A DNA stretch of 38,435 nucleotides from a virus (taxonomy: Duplodnaviria > Caudoviricetes). Of the stretch, positions 8,892 through 18,047 are shown in pieces. Where the stretch lies: positions 1 to 38,435 of the IMG/VR virus record IMGVR_UViG_3300036796_000104; one strand, given 5' to 3'. The notes under the pieces were generated by a model that did no database searches, had not been told where the DNA came from, and saw nothing but the letters and a program-made list of their open reading frames with translations. Every line of letters begins with the position of its first letter. Position 1 is the first letter of the stretch. A program made the translations under genes and the position numbers.

Positions 8892-9011
8892 ATGGAATAT
8901 GTTTTGTGGGGCGTGGCGGCACTGGTCGGCTGGTTGTTATTCGGTTACGTCTGGTGCGTCTGGTTTGTGGATGACGAAGAAGATGAGTATCAGGAATGCC
9001 CGTATGATTAG
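8892..9011 (+). CDS. 39-aa single-TM peptide with acidic tail (moron in the G-FI interval)
   Basis: GGAGG SD at 8880-8884, ATG 8892, MEYVLWGVAALVGWLLFGYVWCVWFVDDEEDEYQECPYD, terminator immediately after. Confidence 0.7.
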   Translation: MEYVLWGVAALVGWLLFGYVWCVWFVDDEEDEYQECPYD

Positions 9012-9036
9012 CCCACATCACGTGGGCTTTTCTTTG
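9010..9036 (+). terminator. Intrinsic terminator between the small moron and gene G
   Basis: agcccac-atcac-gtgggct hairpin followed by tttcttt. Confidence 0.8.
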
Positions 9037-9040
9037 TCTG

Positions 9041-9565
9041 TCAGACAGTGACCGGCATTTCCGGCCAGTCAATATCCGGTGCCGTTGCGGTATCTGTCCG
9101 GTTAAGCAGCACGCGGTATTTTTTCCACGCCAGCAGTTGCGCGGTTTCTTCTTCTGTCGCCATGTCCAGCTCAACCGCATCCTGTAAAGGTGCAATGGCC
9201 GTTGTGGCCTGATCCAGTAATACCGTTTTACGGATACCAGCCTTTTCACTTTCCGATGGGACGCAGGCAATGATTTTCCCCTTCTCATAGCGATACGGTT
9301 TCACGCCAATATCATCGTGATAATCCGCCGCCGCAACCTCATAAATGCTGACCCCTTCACTCAGGGTCATGAAATTGGGATCACGCGCGCCGGTGATGAT
9401 AAAGCCGTCTGGTGATACGGCAATAAAGGCGGTCTCACCCTGCCATGTTTTATCGCGCAGTGTGTACCAGTCACGACCCCGAGCATCTTCAAAATAAATA
9501 AAGGGTTGGGTCACGCCCTCCTCAATGACTCGTTTTGAGATTTTGATATTTTTAAACTGGATCAT
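9041..9565 (-). CDS. G: Tail fibre assembly protein (gpG/Tfa family)
   Basis: C-terminus IAPLQDAVELDMATEEE...WKKYRVLLNRTD...DIDWPEMP. Confidence 0.92.
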   Translation of the reverse strand: MIQFKNIKISKRVIEEGVTQPFIYFEDARGRDWYTLRDKTWQGETAFIAVSPDGFIITGARDPNFMTLSEGVSIYEVAAADYHDDIGVKPYRYEKGKIIACVPSESEKAGIRKTVLLDQATTAIAPLQDAVELDMATEEETAQLLAWKKYRVLLNRTDTATAPDIDWPEMPVTV

Positions 9566-11514
9566 TACGCAATACTCCCTATCTGCCGCCAGCCGCCACT
9601 ATAGGTTCTCACCACGGTGGCGCGATAATATTTGCCCATGCTTCGGCAGTCGCCCATGTCACCACGGATATTTAACCCGGTCATATAGCAACCTTCCGGG
9701 GCTTCCCATATCGTGTCAGTCGTATGCCCGGGGTTCTGGAGAGCCTGCCCTCCGCGAGCGACGTCCATGACATAGCGGTTATCGGCTACGCCATAGGTGA
9801 CATAGCCGCTTAAATCCTGCGGGGGCGGCGGGTTGTTCGATGAGTAAACACGCACACGACCACCGGATTCATACACCGCTGTCCCGGCCTGAAGCAGTCC
9901 TGAGCACGAAATATTTCTGTCGCTGTATAAATCCCCCACGGCGGTAACTTCGCCTGCGGCTCGCACACTGCCTGTGGACGTCACACCGCCCGCCGTAACA
10001 GAACCACCGGCAACGACATCCCCCCCGTTATCGCCGAGCGTTACTATCCCTCCGGCCTGAGTCTGAACAGTGACCCCGCCGCCAGCCTTAAAGATCAGAC
10101 GGTGGGAATAATCCACGCCGTCTTGTGTGCCGTCAGTGTGAATATCAATATAGAAATTACCGGGTGCGCCCCCAAGATGGCCTAACTCAAGCGGAGATCC
10201 AGACTGAGCGGTGAAAAGACTGGTGACGTTCTGAAACCGTCGCACGGCATTCACAATGCCCTCCGCGAGCAAGGGAACGGCACCGGCATCCGCTGCGGTG
10301 GGTTTGTGGCTCTCGCCGTAATACTCAGACCACGGCCCCCATGGCCCGTCCTTACCGTTCCATGTACTCGTGAGTCCCCGCGCAAATTTGCGGTGCGTGG
10401 AAAAACTGGTGTACTCCTGCTGGCAGCCATACGCCGACGGCGTGACCAGCAATGTGCCTGACTGCCTGATCGGGTAATTCAGTTCTGATTTTGCGTTCGC
10501 ATCCAGCTCCTGAAAATAAACGCCCCGGTGTGTCTGATGTCCGAGGGTATTCAGGTTCACGCTGAGTGCTGCCGGTGTCACCGGGAAGGCGTTCACCATG
10601 CGCGGATCATCACCGGCGGCGACGGTTCCGGCAGTGTTGCCAACATCGAGCAGCGCAGCACCTTTTAACCCGAGGTTTCTACGGGCGGCGGCTTTGTCAG
10701 GCACATCAGCGAGGTTATTGCCTTTTTGCAGCGCATTGACGATGCGTGTGTCATCACCCGCCGCGACCGTTCCCGCCGTGGTGCCGGTGTCCAGCACAGC
10801 CGCACCCTTCAGCCCGAGATTGTCCCGCGCTTTCGCCTTGTCCTGGAGGTCGGAAAGGTTGCCGTTTTTTGCCAGACGTTTATCTGCGTTCTGGTTGGCG
10901 GTATCCGCCAGGTCATTAGCCGCTTTGACCGCTTTCGGCGTGGCGGCCTGCGTCTCACTCTCGCTGTCGGTCGCGTTACTCAGTTGGGTAAAACCTTTCG
11001 CCTCAAGCGTGGCATCCGGGTGTCGGCGCGAGCGCTCATGCTCCGCGAGTTTGTCGTCGACATAGTCCTGCGTTGCCATCACCATGGTGGCGTCAATGGT
11101 CAGGTCAACCGATTCAATCGCACTGACGATAATCACCATACGCAGCGTCTGCGCGCGTCCCGAGCCCTCCGCCAGCTCCGGCTTGTAGCTTTCCGCCATA
11201 TTAGCAACGGCAACCAGCGTGCCGTCAGTGTCATAAAGCCCCATTTCACGCAGCCAGAATCCACCCACCTCCGGGGGAATAACCAGCTCGGCCACCACGT
11301 AATTTTGTTTCTTCGTATCGACGCTGATTTTATTGAGCGCGGCACGCCATTTTTCATTGATGAGGGCTGTCTGCGCCACATCCGGCACCGGTAGTGTCCC
11401 GCAGCCATCTCCGACAGCCATGTGCGTGAGGGTGATTTTTGTGCCACCCGCCGTCGCGGCTGCAAACTTTGCCGCCCCGGCAGTGGTAATGAGTGTTTTG
11501 TATTTGGTTGTCAT
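9565..11514 (-). CDS. H: Tail fibre protein
   Basis: P2 gpH-type N-terminus (LTHMAVGDG, GGFWLREMGLYD, HPDATL..KGFTQLSNAT); variable C-terminus. Confidence 0.95.
   Translation of the reverse strand: MTTKYKTLITTAGAAKFAAATAGGTKITLTHMAVGDGCGTLPVPDVAQTALINEKWRAALNKISVDTKKQNYVVAELVIPPEVGGFWLREMGLYDTDGTLVAVANMAESYKPELAEGSGRAQTLRMVIIVSAIESVDLTIDATMVMATQDYVDDKLAEHERSRRHPDATLEAKGFTQLSNATDSESETQAATPKAVKAANDLADTANQNADKRLAKNGNLSDLQDKAKARDNLGLKGAAVLDTGTTAGTVAAGDDTRIVNALQKGNNLADVPDKAAARRNLGLKGAALLDVGNTAGTVAAGDDPRMVNAFPVTPAALSVNLNTLGHQTHRGVYFQELDANAKSELNYPIRQSGTLLVTPSAYGCQQEYTSFSTHRKFARGLTSTWNGKDGPWGPWSEYYGESHKPTAADAGAVPLLAEGIVNAVRRFQNVTSLFTAQSGSPLELGHLGGAPGNFYIDIHTDGTQDGVDYSHRLIFKAGGGVTVQTQAGGIVTLGDNGGDVVAGGSVTAGGVTSTGSVRAAGEVTAVGDLYSDRNISCSGLLQAGTAVYESGGRVRVYSSNNPPPPQDLSGYVTYGVADNRYVMDVARGGQALQNPGHTTDTIWEAPEGCYMTGLNIRGDMGDCRSMGKYYRATVVRTYSGGWRQIGSIA
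10588..10875 (-). repeat. Tandem 144-bp (48-aa) duplication in tail fibre
   Basis: LxKxxNLxDxxDKAxARxNLGLKGAAxLDxGxTAGTVAAGDDxRxVNA occurs twice. Confidence 0.9.
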
Positions 11515-11525
11515 GCCTGCCTCTT

Positions 11526-12056
11526 TTAGCCGGGGTAAACAGTCAGAATGTCACCGTCATAGCTGACGCCGCCGGTGTACAGAAAACCGGGAATATCCTG
11601 AATAATATTCAGGCCCGTCAGGTGGCGGCTCGCCGCTTTCGCATCAGCGATGAGGCGCTCCATCTCGTAATACATTTCCTCGGTAATGCCGCTTTCCAGC
11701 ACGCCGATATCGAGGCGAAAAGTGCCGGGAGCATCGTTGGTCTGCCACCATTCGGTGACGTTAATCAGGTAGCCGAGCGGCTCCACCACGCGCCGGATGG
11801 CCCCGATGGTGCCTTTGTGGCTGTGGATATATTTCGCCGCCTGAATGACTGCGCGCTTTGCATTTTCCGGCCATTTCTCATCCCAGCGGTCAACCGAGAA
11901 CGCCCACGCCAGATACGGCAACAGCGGTGCAGGACAGGTTGCAGGGTTCCAGAGCTGGCGTAGAGGCACCGGGACGCGGGTCAGTTCGGCACAGGCTTTG
12001 GCTGCGGCCAGCTCCAGCGGTGATGAGCCCACCGGCAGCAGCCGGACGTTATTCAT
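11526..12056 (-). CDS. I: Baseplate/tail protein gpI
   Basis: Starts MNNVRLLPVGSSPLE at 12056; LWNPATCP..LLPYLAWAFSVDRWD. Confidence 0.95.
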   Translation of the reverse strand: MNNVRLLPVGSSPLELAAAKACAELTRVPVPLRQLWNPATCPAPLLPYLAWAFSVDRWDEKWPENAKRAVIQAAKYIHSHKGTIGAIRRVVEPLGYLINVTEWWQTNDAPGTFRLDIGVLESGITEEMYYEMERLIADAKAASRHLTGLNIIQDIPGFLYTGGVSYDGDILTVYPG

Positions 12057-12957
12057 CGGCACCCCCGATAACGATGGTGTAATCGGTGCAGTACGAGGCC
12101 TGCGTATCATTGAGCACAATGTCGGCCAGCGGTTTAGCCAGCTCGACCCGCTGCACCCCTTCCACATGCAGGGCGGCATAAATGGCAGATTTGCGGATAT
12201 CCCGCCCGAGGCGGTGCTGCGCAGTGATGTAGGCCTTGAGTTTTGCCTCGGCGGCCTGCCGTACCGGCTCAATTTCGGGACCAGGATACAGATAGAGCGT
12301 GGCGTCGATTTCATAGTCGACAATGCGTGCTGACTGCACCGTCACCCGGTCAGCCACCGGGCGCACGTCCTCATTATTCAGGGCAAGGCTGACGATGTTC
12401 ACCAGCTCATCACTGGCGGTGCCGTTACCCTCACGCGAGAGCACTGAAATCGTCACGCAGGCCGGTGACGGGCTGATAACCGACACATCCGCGACCCGCC
12501 CGTCGGCGCTGCGGCCATGGAACTGGTACGCGCCGACCGGCCCCGCCACACTCAGTCCTTCAAACGACTGCTGAATACGCAGACGGAAATCACTGTCGGA
12601 TTCCATCACTGCCACCACCGGCGGAATGGCGGTCTCATCCGCAGGGATAATCACCAGGCGGGCGACGTTATTGTTTGCACCGAGCACATCGAGGTCATTC
12701 CCCCGGGAAAAAGCCAGCATCACCGCCAGCGCCGACTCGTTAACCCGCTGGCGTAAAATCAGCTCTCGATAGGCGTTTTCCTCCAGCAGTTTGACGATGG
12801 GCTCAGACTCCAGAGAGAGCGTGCGCGCGACGGCGTCCTGCTCATCTTCGGGATAAAGGGAAATCAGCGTCGCTTTGCGCTCGGCCAGCAGGGTTTCATA
12901 GTCCAGCACCTCGACCACATCCGGGGCGGGTAACTGGCTCAGGTCAATGGTTGCCAT
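12049..12957 (-). CDS. J: Baseplate assembly protein gpJ
   Basis: MATIDLSQLPAPDVVE...EGLSVAGP. Confidence 0.96.
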   Translation of the reverse strand: MATIDLSQLPAPDVVEVLDYETLLAERKATLISLYPEDEQDAVARTLSLESEPIVKLLEENAYRELILRQRVNESALAVMLAFSRGNDLDVLGANNNVARLVIIPADETAIPPVVAVMESDSDFRLRIQQSFEGLSVAGPVGAYQFHGRSADGRVADVSVISPSPACVTISVLSREGNGTASDELVNIVSLALNNEDVRPVADRVTVQSARIVDYEIDATLYLYPGPEIEPVRQAAEAKLKAYITAQHRLGRDIRKSAIYAALHVEGVQRVELAKPLADIVLNDTQASYCTDYTIVIGGADE

Positions 12958-12961
12958 AATA

Positions 12962-13312
12962 TCAGCTCAGGGGAATAGTTAAGGAAAATGACGCGCCACC
13001 GGTTCCGGTTCGCACGCCGGTGATGTCGACGAATAACTCGCCTGCGGTGGTGCTCTCAAAGGTGATGGACGACAGCCGGATACGCGGCTCCCATTTCAGT
13101 ATCGCCATATAGCAAGCGGACATAATTTGCAGGCGCAGCGCCGGGTTATCGGGCTGGTCCATCAGTGCCGAGAGCAGCGAGCCGTAATCGCGACGCATGA
13201 CACGCGAGCCAATGGGGGTGATCAGAATGTCGCGCACGCTCTGACTGATATGTACGGAATCGGACAAACTCAGACCGGTGGCACGGTTCATGCCGAGAAA
13301 ACGCGCCGTCAT
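12962..13312 (-). CDS. W: Baseplate wedge protein gpW (gp25 family)
   Basis: HISQSVRDILITPIGSRVMRRDYGS...WEPRI. Confidence 0.95.
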   Translation of the reverse strand: MTARFLGMNRATGLSLSDSVHISQSVRDILITPIGSRVMRRDYGSLLSALMDQPDNPALRLQIMSACYMAILKWEPRIRLSSITFESTTAGELFVDITGVRTGTGGASFSLTIPLS

Positions 13313-13950
13313 TGGGTTCCCTCCGTCCAGCTATTCCCACGCTCGATACCGCCGTGACCATGATCATCGACCTGCACGCCGTTAGAGGTAAAGGTGCCGC
13401 CGCTGTGCTCGATATTACCGCTCATCTTGCCGCCTTTCAGCACCTCCAGCGTGCCGGTGGTCAGCTTACTGGTGCAAACCACTTCCGGCGTATCGAGGGT
13501 GATTTTCTGGCTGGCTTTAACGGTCACAAGCGGCACTGTCACGACCACAGATTCAGACGCGGTAACATCAGCCGTTTTGATACCGCTGACGGTCAGTGCG
13601 CTGGTCTCTGGTTCGTACTCGATAACGGCACCATCAGGAAACGAAACGTGCAGCGCATCGGCAGACGCAGACGGCGCGGTGTTATCGTCGGAATAGATGC
13701 CAGGCAGTACAAAGGCGGTATCCAGCTCGCCACCCATCGCCAGTACTAAAACTTGCTCGCCGACAGACGGTGCCCACCATGTACGCGAACGACCCGCGCG
13801 GGGAGTCAGCCAGTTAAGCCAGTCGGTCGTAATCCCGCCAGTTTCCACACGACATAACGCCCGCGCGGTATCGACATCGGTCACAATGCCGGTGCGGATA
13901 AGGTTGCGCAGCTGGCGTGCAAAATCATGGATTGATGAGAGTGTGTTCAT
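13309..13950 (-). CDS. V: Baseplate spike protein gpV
   Basis: NLIRTG...RAGRSRTWWAPSVGEQV; C-terminal HxH iron-binding motif (DDHGHGG). Confidence 0.96.
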   Translation of the reverse strand: MNTLSSIHDFARQLRNLIRTGIVTDVDTARALCRVETGGITTDWLNWLTPRAGRSRTWWAPSVGEQVLVLAMGGELDTAFVLPGIYSDDNTAPSASADALHVSFPDGAVIEYEPETSALTVSGIKTADVTASESVVVTVPLVTVKASQKITLDTPEVVCTSKLTTGTLEVLKGGKMSGNIEHSGGTFTSNGVQVDDHGHGGIERGNSWTEGTQ

Positions 13951-13996
13951 GTGGAAAGGATGGAGGTGATTCAGAGTTATATCTATTCATAACTAC

Positions 13997-14016
13997 TGTG
14001 TCGCTGCTCATACAAC
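13997..14016 (-). promoter_or_regulatory. Ogr-binding site of late promoter PV
   Basis: Exact TGT-N12-ACA at 13997-14014, about 50 bp upstream of the V start. Confidence 0.72.
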
Positions 14017-14158
14017 TTTCGTATTTTCTTTGCTTAATTTGCATATAAATTGTGGAGAGCTACGCTATTAGTATCACCCAAATAACTCCCCCCATTAAAA
14101 AATGGGCTGCCTTAATTACTGTTAGCCATTAAAAGTGTTATCACATCGAGGTGGGAAA

Positions 14159-14761
14159 ATGACTGACATTGGTTCGGTGATAATGTTCAGTGGATTAGAA
14201 AGATTGCTAACTATAATTACAGGGTTGGCCTCTATTTATTTTGGTTATAAATTATTTTCAGTGGCGATTGACAATACAGGTAGGCTTGAGGGAGAGTGGC
14301 TAAAGTGGAAGTTAAAATTACATAATATTGCCCCAGGGGTATTCTTTGCTATTTTTGGCTCAGCTATCATCATTGCATCTGTTATCCACCCTTTCACATT
14401 TAATGATGGCAACGTTTTGATTTCAGGAATGAATGCTGCTAGTTCAAGTTTGGATAATAGAAATGAAGATGCAACTATAAACTCAACCATGATTAATTCC
14501 ATAACCACCATTGTTAACACATTAAAGCCCCAGGAGTTGAATCAGTCACATGATGATAAAGTTAAAATCATGACGGCAATTTCCAATCTAGTTGGATATA
14601 GGAATGTGTTGGTGGATAAAATATATGGAGATGGAAGTGCAAGTTGGTATCTTAGTAAATATGATTCGATATCCAAGGGGGAAATAAAATACGAGAAGCT
14701 GACTAGTAGTGACAAAGAGAGATATGATTCATTGAAGATAATGTACAACCCAGATAAGTGA
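14159..14761 (+). CDS. Hypothetical 2-TM membrane protein (moron, S-V interval)
   Basis: GAGGTG SD before ATG 14159; two hydrophobic segments around a Lys/Trp-rich loop; AT-rich; antisense to late genes. Confidence 0.85.
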   Translation: MTDIGSVIMFSGLERLLTIITGLASIYFGYKLFSVAIDNTGRLEGEWLKWKLKLHNIAPGVFFAIFGSAIIIASVIHPFTFNDGNVLISGMNAASSSLDNRNEDATINSTMINSITTIVNTLKPQELNQSHDDKVKIMTAISNLVGYRNVLVDKIYGDGSASWYLSKYDSISKGEIKYEKLTSSDKERYDSLKIMYNPDK

Positions 14762-14769
14762 GAGTGGCA

Positions 14770-15738
14770 ATGCTTAAATACATTGGTTTGTCTATTGTTT
14801 TTTTATTGCCTATTGTCACGGCTAACGCATCGTATTGGACTAATAGTTTTACATATGATCTAATTAATATGGTTAACAATAAAATTACAGCATCTAAACT
14901 TGACGATGTAACGAATGCTTTGCAAAATACCACTTTTAAAATTGACAATATTGAGCCTATGCCTACAGCGTATACTCGCCTTGGCGGTTATTACAATCGG
15001 CCAACCATTACTATTAGTGATGAATTGGTTAATTTGACATTTTATCTGTCTGAAGTATCAACCCTGACAATGATAGATAATCAAGATAAATGGAGTTTGT
15101 GTAATGTGGCGTATTCAAACTATGTGAAAACTGCTTACCAGTCAATGATGTATGATAAAATCAAGAGTAAGGCAATACAAAAAATAACACCCATAGAAAA
15201 ATTTGGCGGAGCTTGTGATGGCATTGCTAAATATTATCCTTTTACAGGAGAGCTGAAAACTAAAAGAGATCTATTTGCAAGAACAGCTCTTGTTTTTATT
15301 TACCTTCATGAGTTAGGTCATGTCTATTACAGACATATTCCTCAAGTTATTAATCCTAACGATGATGAAAATACTGTTAGAGTAAAAAACTGTAAGACCA
15401 GAACAAATGAAAAACAAGCAGATTTATTTGCCACTCACACTTTAGTGTCTCTTGGGTGGTACAATGCCCCTTTCGATCCAACGGTTTGGGTAGTTATGTC
15501 CACTCTAGGTGATGATATGGAAAGTTCAGGTTCCAGCAGCATCGATCATCCAACATCACTAGAACGGATGTCGTATGTTATGGATGAGACGAGAAAATTA
15601 TTAATAAGTACAGGTGGAGGTGTTAGTGATGAGTTATCCCAAGCGATAGATGAATCGAAAAAAATACAGGATAAAATCAATAAAATACTTTCTAACATAT
15701 CAAATAAAAACAGCAAGCCAATTATTTGCTCAGATTAA
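14770..15738 (+). CDS. Exported HEXXH zinc metallopeptidase (M48/Lit-like motifs)
   Basis: Signal peptide MLKYIGLSIVFLLPIVTANA; HELGH, EKQAD, HPTSLER. Alternative GTG start at 14758 overlaps the upstream stop. Confidence 0.85.
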   Translation: MLKYIGLSIVFLLPIVTANASYWTNSFTYDLINMVNNKITASKLDDVTNALQNTTFKIDNIEPMPTAYTRLGGYYNRPTITISDELVNLTFYLSEVSTLTMIDNQDKWSLCNVAYSNYVKTAYQSMMYDKIKSKAIQKITPIEKFGGACDGIAKYYPFTGELKTKRDLFARTALVFIYLHELGHVYYRHIPQVINPNDDENTVRVKNCKTRTNEKQADLFATHTLVSLGWYNAPFDPTVWVVMSTLGDDMESSGSSSIDHPTSLERMSYVMDETRKLLISTGGGVSDELSQAIDESKKIQDKINKILSNISNKNSKPIICSD

Positions 15739-15902
15739 TCCTTTGTTAAATAAAAGATGTAATCTTTTGATGGGTCTATATGAGCAGAATGGAAATTACT
15801 ATCTAAACTTCATGAAAATCATCTTATCATTGTTTAAATTAAATCGACTTGTAAAATCTATCTCTCATTCAAACGAATGGGTCAATAGTAGATGACAGAG
15901 AG

Positions 15903-16355
15903 TCATTTATGAATTAAGTTTTTATAAACTATGTCTGTGAGAACTGATTTACTATTTTCTGCAAACCCAAGCAAGACACGCTCCTCATATTGCACGCCTT
16001 CACTGAAACGGTTTGGTTTATCTTTTAGCCCGTCTTGATGCACTCGCGCCATGCGCTGCACCCGCCCGACAAACTCCACCACCGCAGCATTATCAGTGCC
16101 TTTCGCTTTCATATACCGGTTGGTGCGCAGCTTCGTAAACATTGCACGTTTAACCCGACCTTTTTTGCCTTTCACTGGCTGACGCTTTCGGGCGACATAG
16201 GGCGTGCCATCCGGTGCCTGCTGGCGTTTGATGCGCTGTTGCTGCGAGGTTCTGAGCTTCTTTGCAATCTCAGCCGTCATCCGGCGGCGCGCAGCCGGTG
16301 ACAGGCTGGCAATCAGCCCGGCGAGTTTGTCCTCAAAGGGTTTAAATTCATTCAT
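15903..16355 (-). CDS. S: Tail completion / virion morphogenesis protein gpS
   Basis: QQQRIKRQQAPDGTPYVARK...MFTKLR...ARVHQDGL. Confidence 0.94.
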   Translation of the reverse strand: MNEFKPFEDKLAGLIASLSPAARRRMTAEIAKKLRTSQQQRIKRQQAPDGTPYVARKRQPVKGKKGRVKRAMFTKLRTNRYMKAKGTDNAAVVEFVGRVQRMARVHQDGLKDKPNRFSEGVQYEERVLLGFAENSKSVLTDIVYKNLIHK

Positions 16356-16815
16356 GCCACTGACTCACCAGCTCACCGTGAACGTAGAGTTCCATCGGAC
16401 GCGTGACGTTCTCCGGTAGCGGTGGCTCGGCGGCGTGTTTCACATACAGGGCTTCGCCTTCCTGCCTGACCAGCGTGCGCTCGGTGAGCGTCAGGCTGAT
16501 GCTCACGTCGACGCTTTCATCGTCGTTAATATCGGCGATATACGTAAAACCTCTTTTCTTCCCCTCATCAGTGGTCATGATGTCGGGCTGGTTTTCCCGT
16601 AGCCAGGCATTGACCGGCACGATGAGATAATCGAGGTCGCCATGATAATCCGTAACCACAATGTTTAACGTGTACTGATTTTCAAACGACAGCGAGGTCG
16701 CCAGCGTGGCGGCAATTTTCCCGCTGTCGATAAATATGCGCAGCATATCCGGGTTATTACGCAGCACCGGTGCCGCATCACAGAGCGCTTTGCGTAAACT
16801 GGCTGGCTTGAGCAT
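16348..16815 (-). CDS. R: Tail completion protein gpR
   Basis: Starts MLKPASLRKAL; WLRENQPDI; LTERTLV. Confidence 0.94.
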   Translation of the reverse strand: MLKPASLRKALCDAAPVLRNNPDMLRIFIDSGKIAATLATSLSFENQYTLNIVVTDYHGDLDYLIVPVNAWLRENQPDIMTTDEGKKRGFTYIADINDDESVDVSISLTLTERTLVRQEGEALYVKHAAEPPLPENVTRPMELYVHGELVSQWHE

Positions 16816-17068
16816 CGAGTTCATCCTGACAGTGTCTGATGGTTTCAACCTGGAGCGCGCAGCTTGCGAGCGCGCCCTCAAGCTGACGAATATCGGCACT
16901 TAAATCGCCGTTAGTGCGCGGGCGGCTTGCCGGTATCGGGCACAGCGCCACTTTCGGACAGCCATTGTAAATAACCGGCGGTGGTGGCAAAGGCGGGGCG
17001 GGTGTGCAGCCGGATAATGTCATCAGGCAAATCAGACTCATACCAGTCACGCAGTGCTTTATTTTCAT
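16778..17068 (-). CDS. lysC: o-spanin lipoprotein (LysC/Rz1-like); start uncertain
   Basis: Lipobox LSGC, Pro-rich stretch, GCPKV..C...TNGDLSADI; overlaps the lysB end and R start. Confidence 0.88.
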   Translation of the reverse strand: MKIKHCVTGMSLICLMTLSGCTPAPPLPPPPVIYNGCPKVALCPIPASRPRTNGDLSADIRQLEGALASCALQVETIRHCQDELDAQASQFTQSAL

Positions 17069-17336
17069 TGAGTAGTCTCGTCACGGTTTCGCCACGCTTT
17101 GCCGCGAGGGTATTCGCGGCGGTGAGTTTGTTGCGTAAATCGACCTGCGCCTGCTCATTACGCTGCCGGACAGTGTCGGCAACATTAAGCTGGTTGCGCA
17201 GCATGGTTATCTGGGTTTTCTGCTCTCCGGCAACACGGTTTGCCTTTTCAAATGAGCGGATGAGCGCACTGTTTTCGCGCTTCATCCACACCAGACCGGC
17301 AACGGCCAGCAACAGCAAAATCATCAGCGTTTTCAT
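16911..17336 (-). CDS. lysB: i-spanin LysB
   Basis: N-terminal TM, coiled coil, RLLNENKALRDWYESDLPDDIIRLH; ATGA overlap with the endolysin stop. Confidence 0.92.
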   Translation of the reverse strand: MKTLMILLLLAVAGLVWMKRENSALIRSFEKANRVAGEQKTQITMLRNQLNVADTVRQRNEQAQVDLRNKLTAANTLAAKRGETVTRLLNENKALRDWYESDLPDDIIRLHTRPAFATTAGYLQWLSESGAVPDTGKPPAH

Positions 17337-17842
17337 TTCGTCCCCTTGAGGCAGTAAGTCAGCTCGCGTGCACGTCGGTTTTCGAGACCTTTGTTTTTCT
17401 GGCCGTTGACGAACACCCAGCGCGGGAGCTGGTTGCACGCCTGCGCCCACTGCTGGCGATGGATAAACGAGACCAGCGTCGATTTACAGGCCGCACCGGT
17501 GCCGACGTTAAACGCAAAACTCACCACCGCGTCATACACCGGCTGCGGCATGGCAACCGGGGCGCAGACCGCAAGGCGGCGCTCAACAGCCAGCACGTCA
17601 CTGACCAGGTTCTGCGCGGCCTGCCGTTCGGTGATATCCCCTTTCGGCGTGACACCGGCGGTGTGACCGATACCCGATGTCCAGACGCCGGCGCTGCACT
17701 GGTAGGGTTTCAGTCGGCACCCTTCAAGGTCGGCAATCAGCGCCAGTCCGTCGGGTGAGGTTTGAATCCACTTAAAATCTGGCACCAGAACGGCAAGCGT
17801 GAGCACCACCGCCACGCTGCAACGTTTAACGACTGAGGCCAC
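17333..17842 (-). CDS. Endolysin (GH24 lysozyme, probable SAR type)
   Basis: EGCRLKPYQCSAGVWTSGIGHT, SFAFNVG; hydrophobic N-terminal segment. Confidence 0.94.
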   Translation of the reverse strand: MASVVKRCSVAVVLTLAVLVPDFKWIQTSPDGLALIADLEGCRLKPYQCSAGVWTSGIGHTAGVTPKGDITERQAAQNLVSDVLAVERRLAVCAPVAMPQPVYDAVVSFAFNVGTGAACKSTLVSFIHRQQWAQACNQLPRWVFVNGQKNKGLENRRARELTYCLKGTK

Positions 17843-18047
17843 GCACCACCTCCTTATCCAGTCCGGCCGCTTTCAGCCACAGATACGTTTTGCGGCGATA
17901 CCACCAGTTCACCAGCGCGGTAAAAATGGCGGCACCGCTGCCGATATAGAGTGCCGCCTGCTGCGGGGTCATCGCCCCGAAATAAGCCAGCCCGACCGCA
18001 AGCCAGTAGGCAAGGAAGGTCAGTACTTTTTCCATTGTCAATCCCAT
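17826..18047 (-). CDS. Holin (HP1/186-type)
   Basis: Small hydrophobic protein with FTALVNWWYRRK, between X and the lysin; in-frame starts at M1 and M5. Confidence 0.88.
   Translation of the reverse strand: MGLTMEKVLTFLAYWLAVGLAYFGAMTPQQAALYIGSGAAIFTALVNWWYRRKTYLWLKAAGLDKEVVRGLSR

Noticed and set aside
8770-9565. Possible invertible tail-fibre cassette
   Set aside because: No invertase gene, second fibre tip or flanking inverted crossover sites were seen.
2632-13969. Many + strand ORFs of 60-220 aa opposite the tail genes (e.g. 4412-4948, 10726-11394)
   Set aside because: Antisense shadows of GC-rich coding genes with no recognisable motifs. The 8892-9011 gene is the one exception kept.
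15650-15895. Possible third gene of the protease moron
   Set aside because: Overlaps the peptidase 3' end, has no convincing SD and low-information sequence; a short version from ATG 15770 cannot be excluded.
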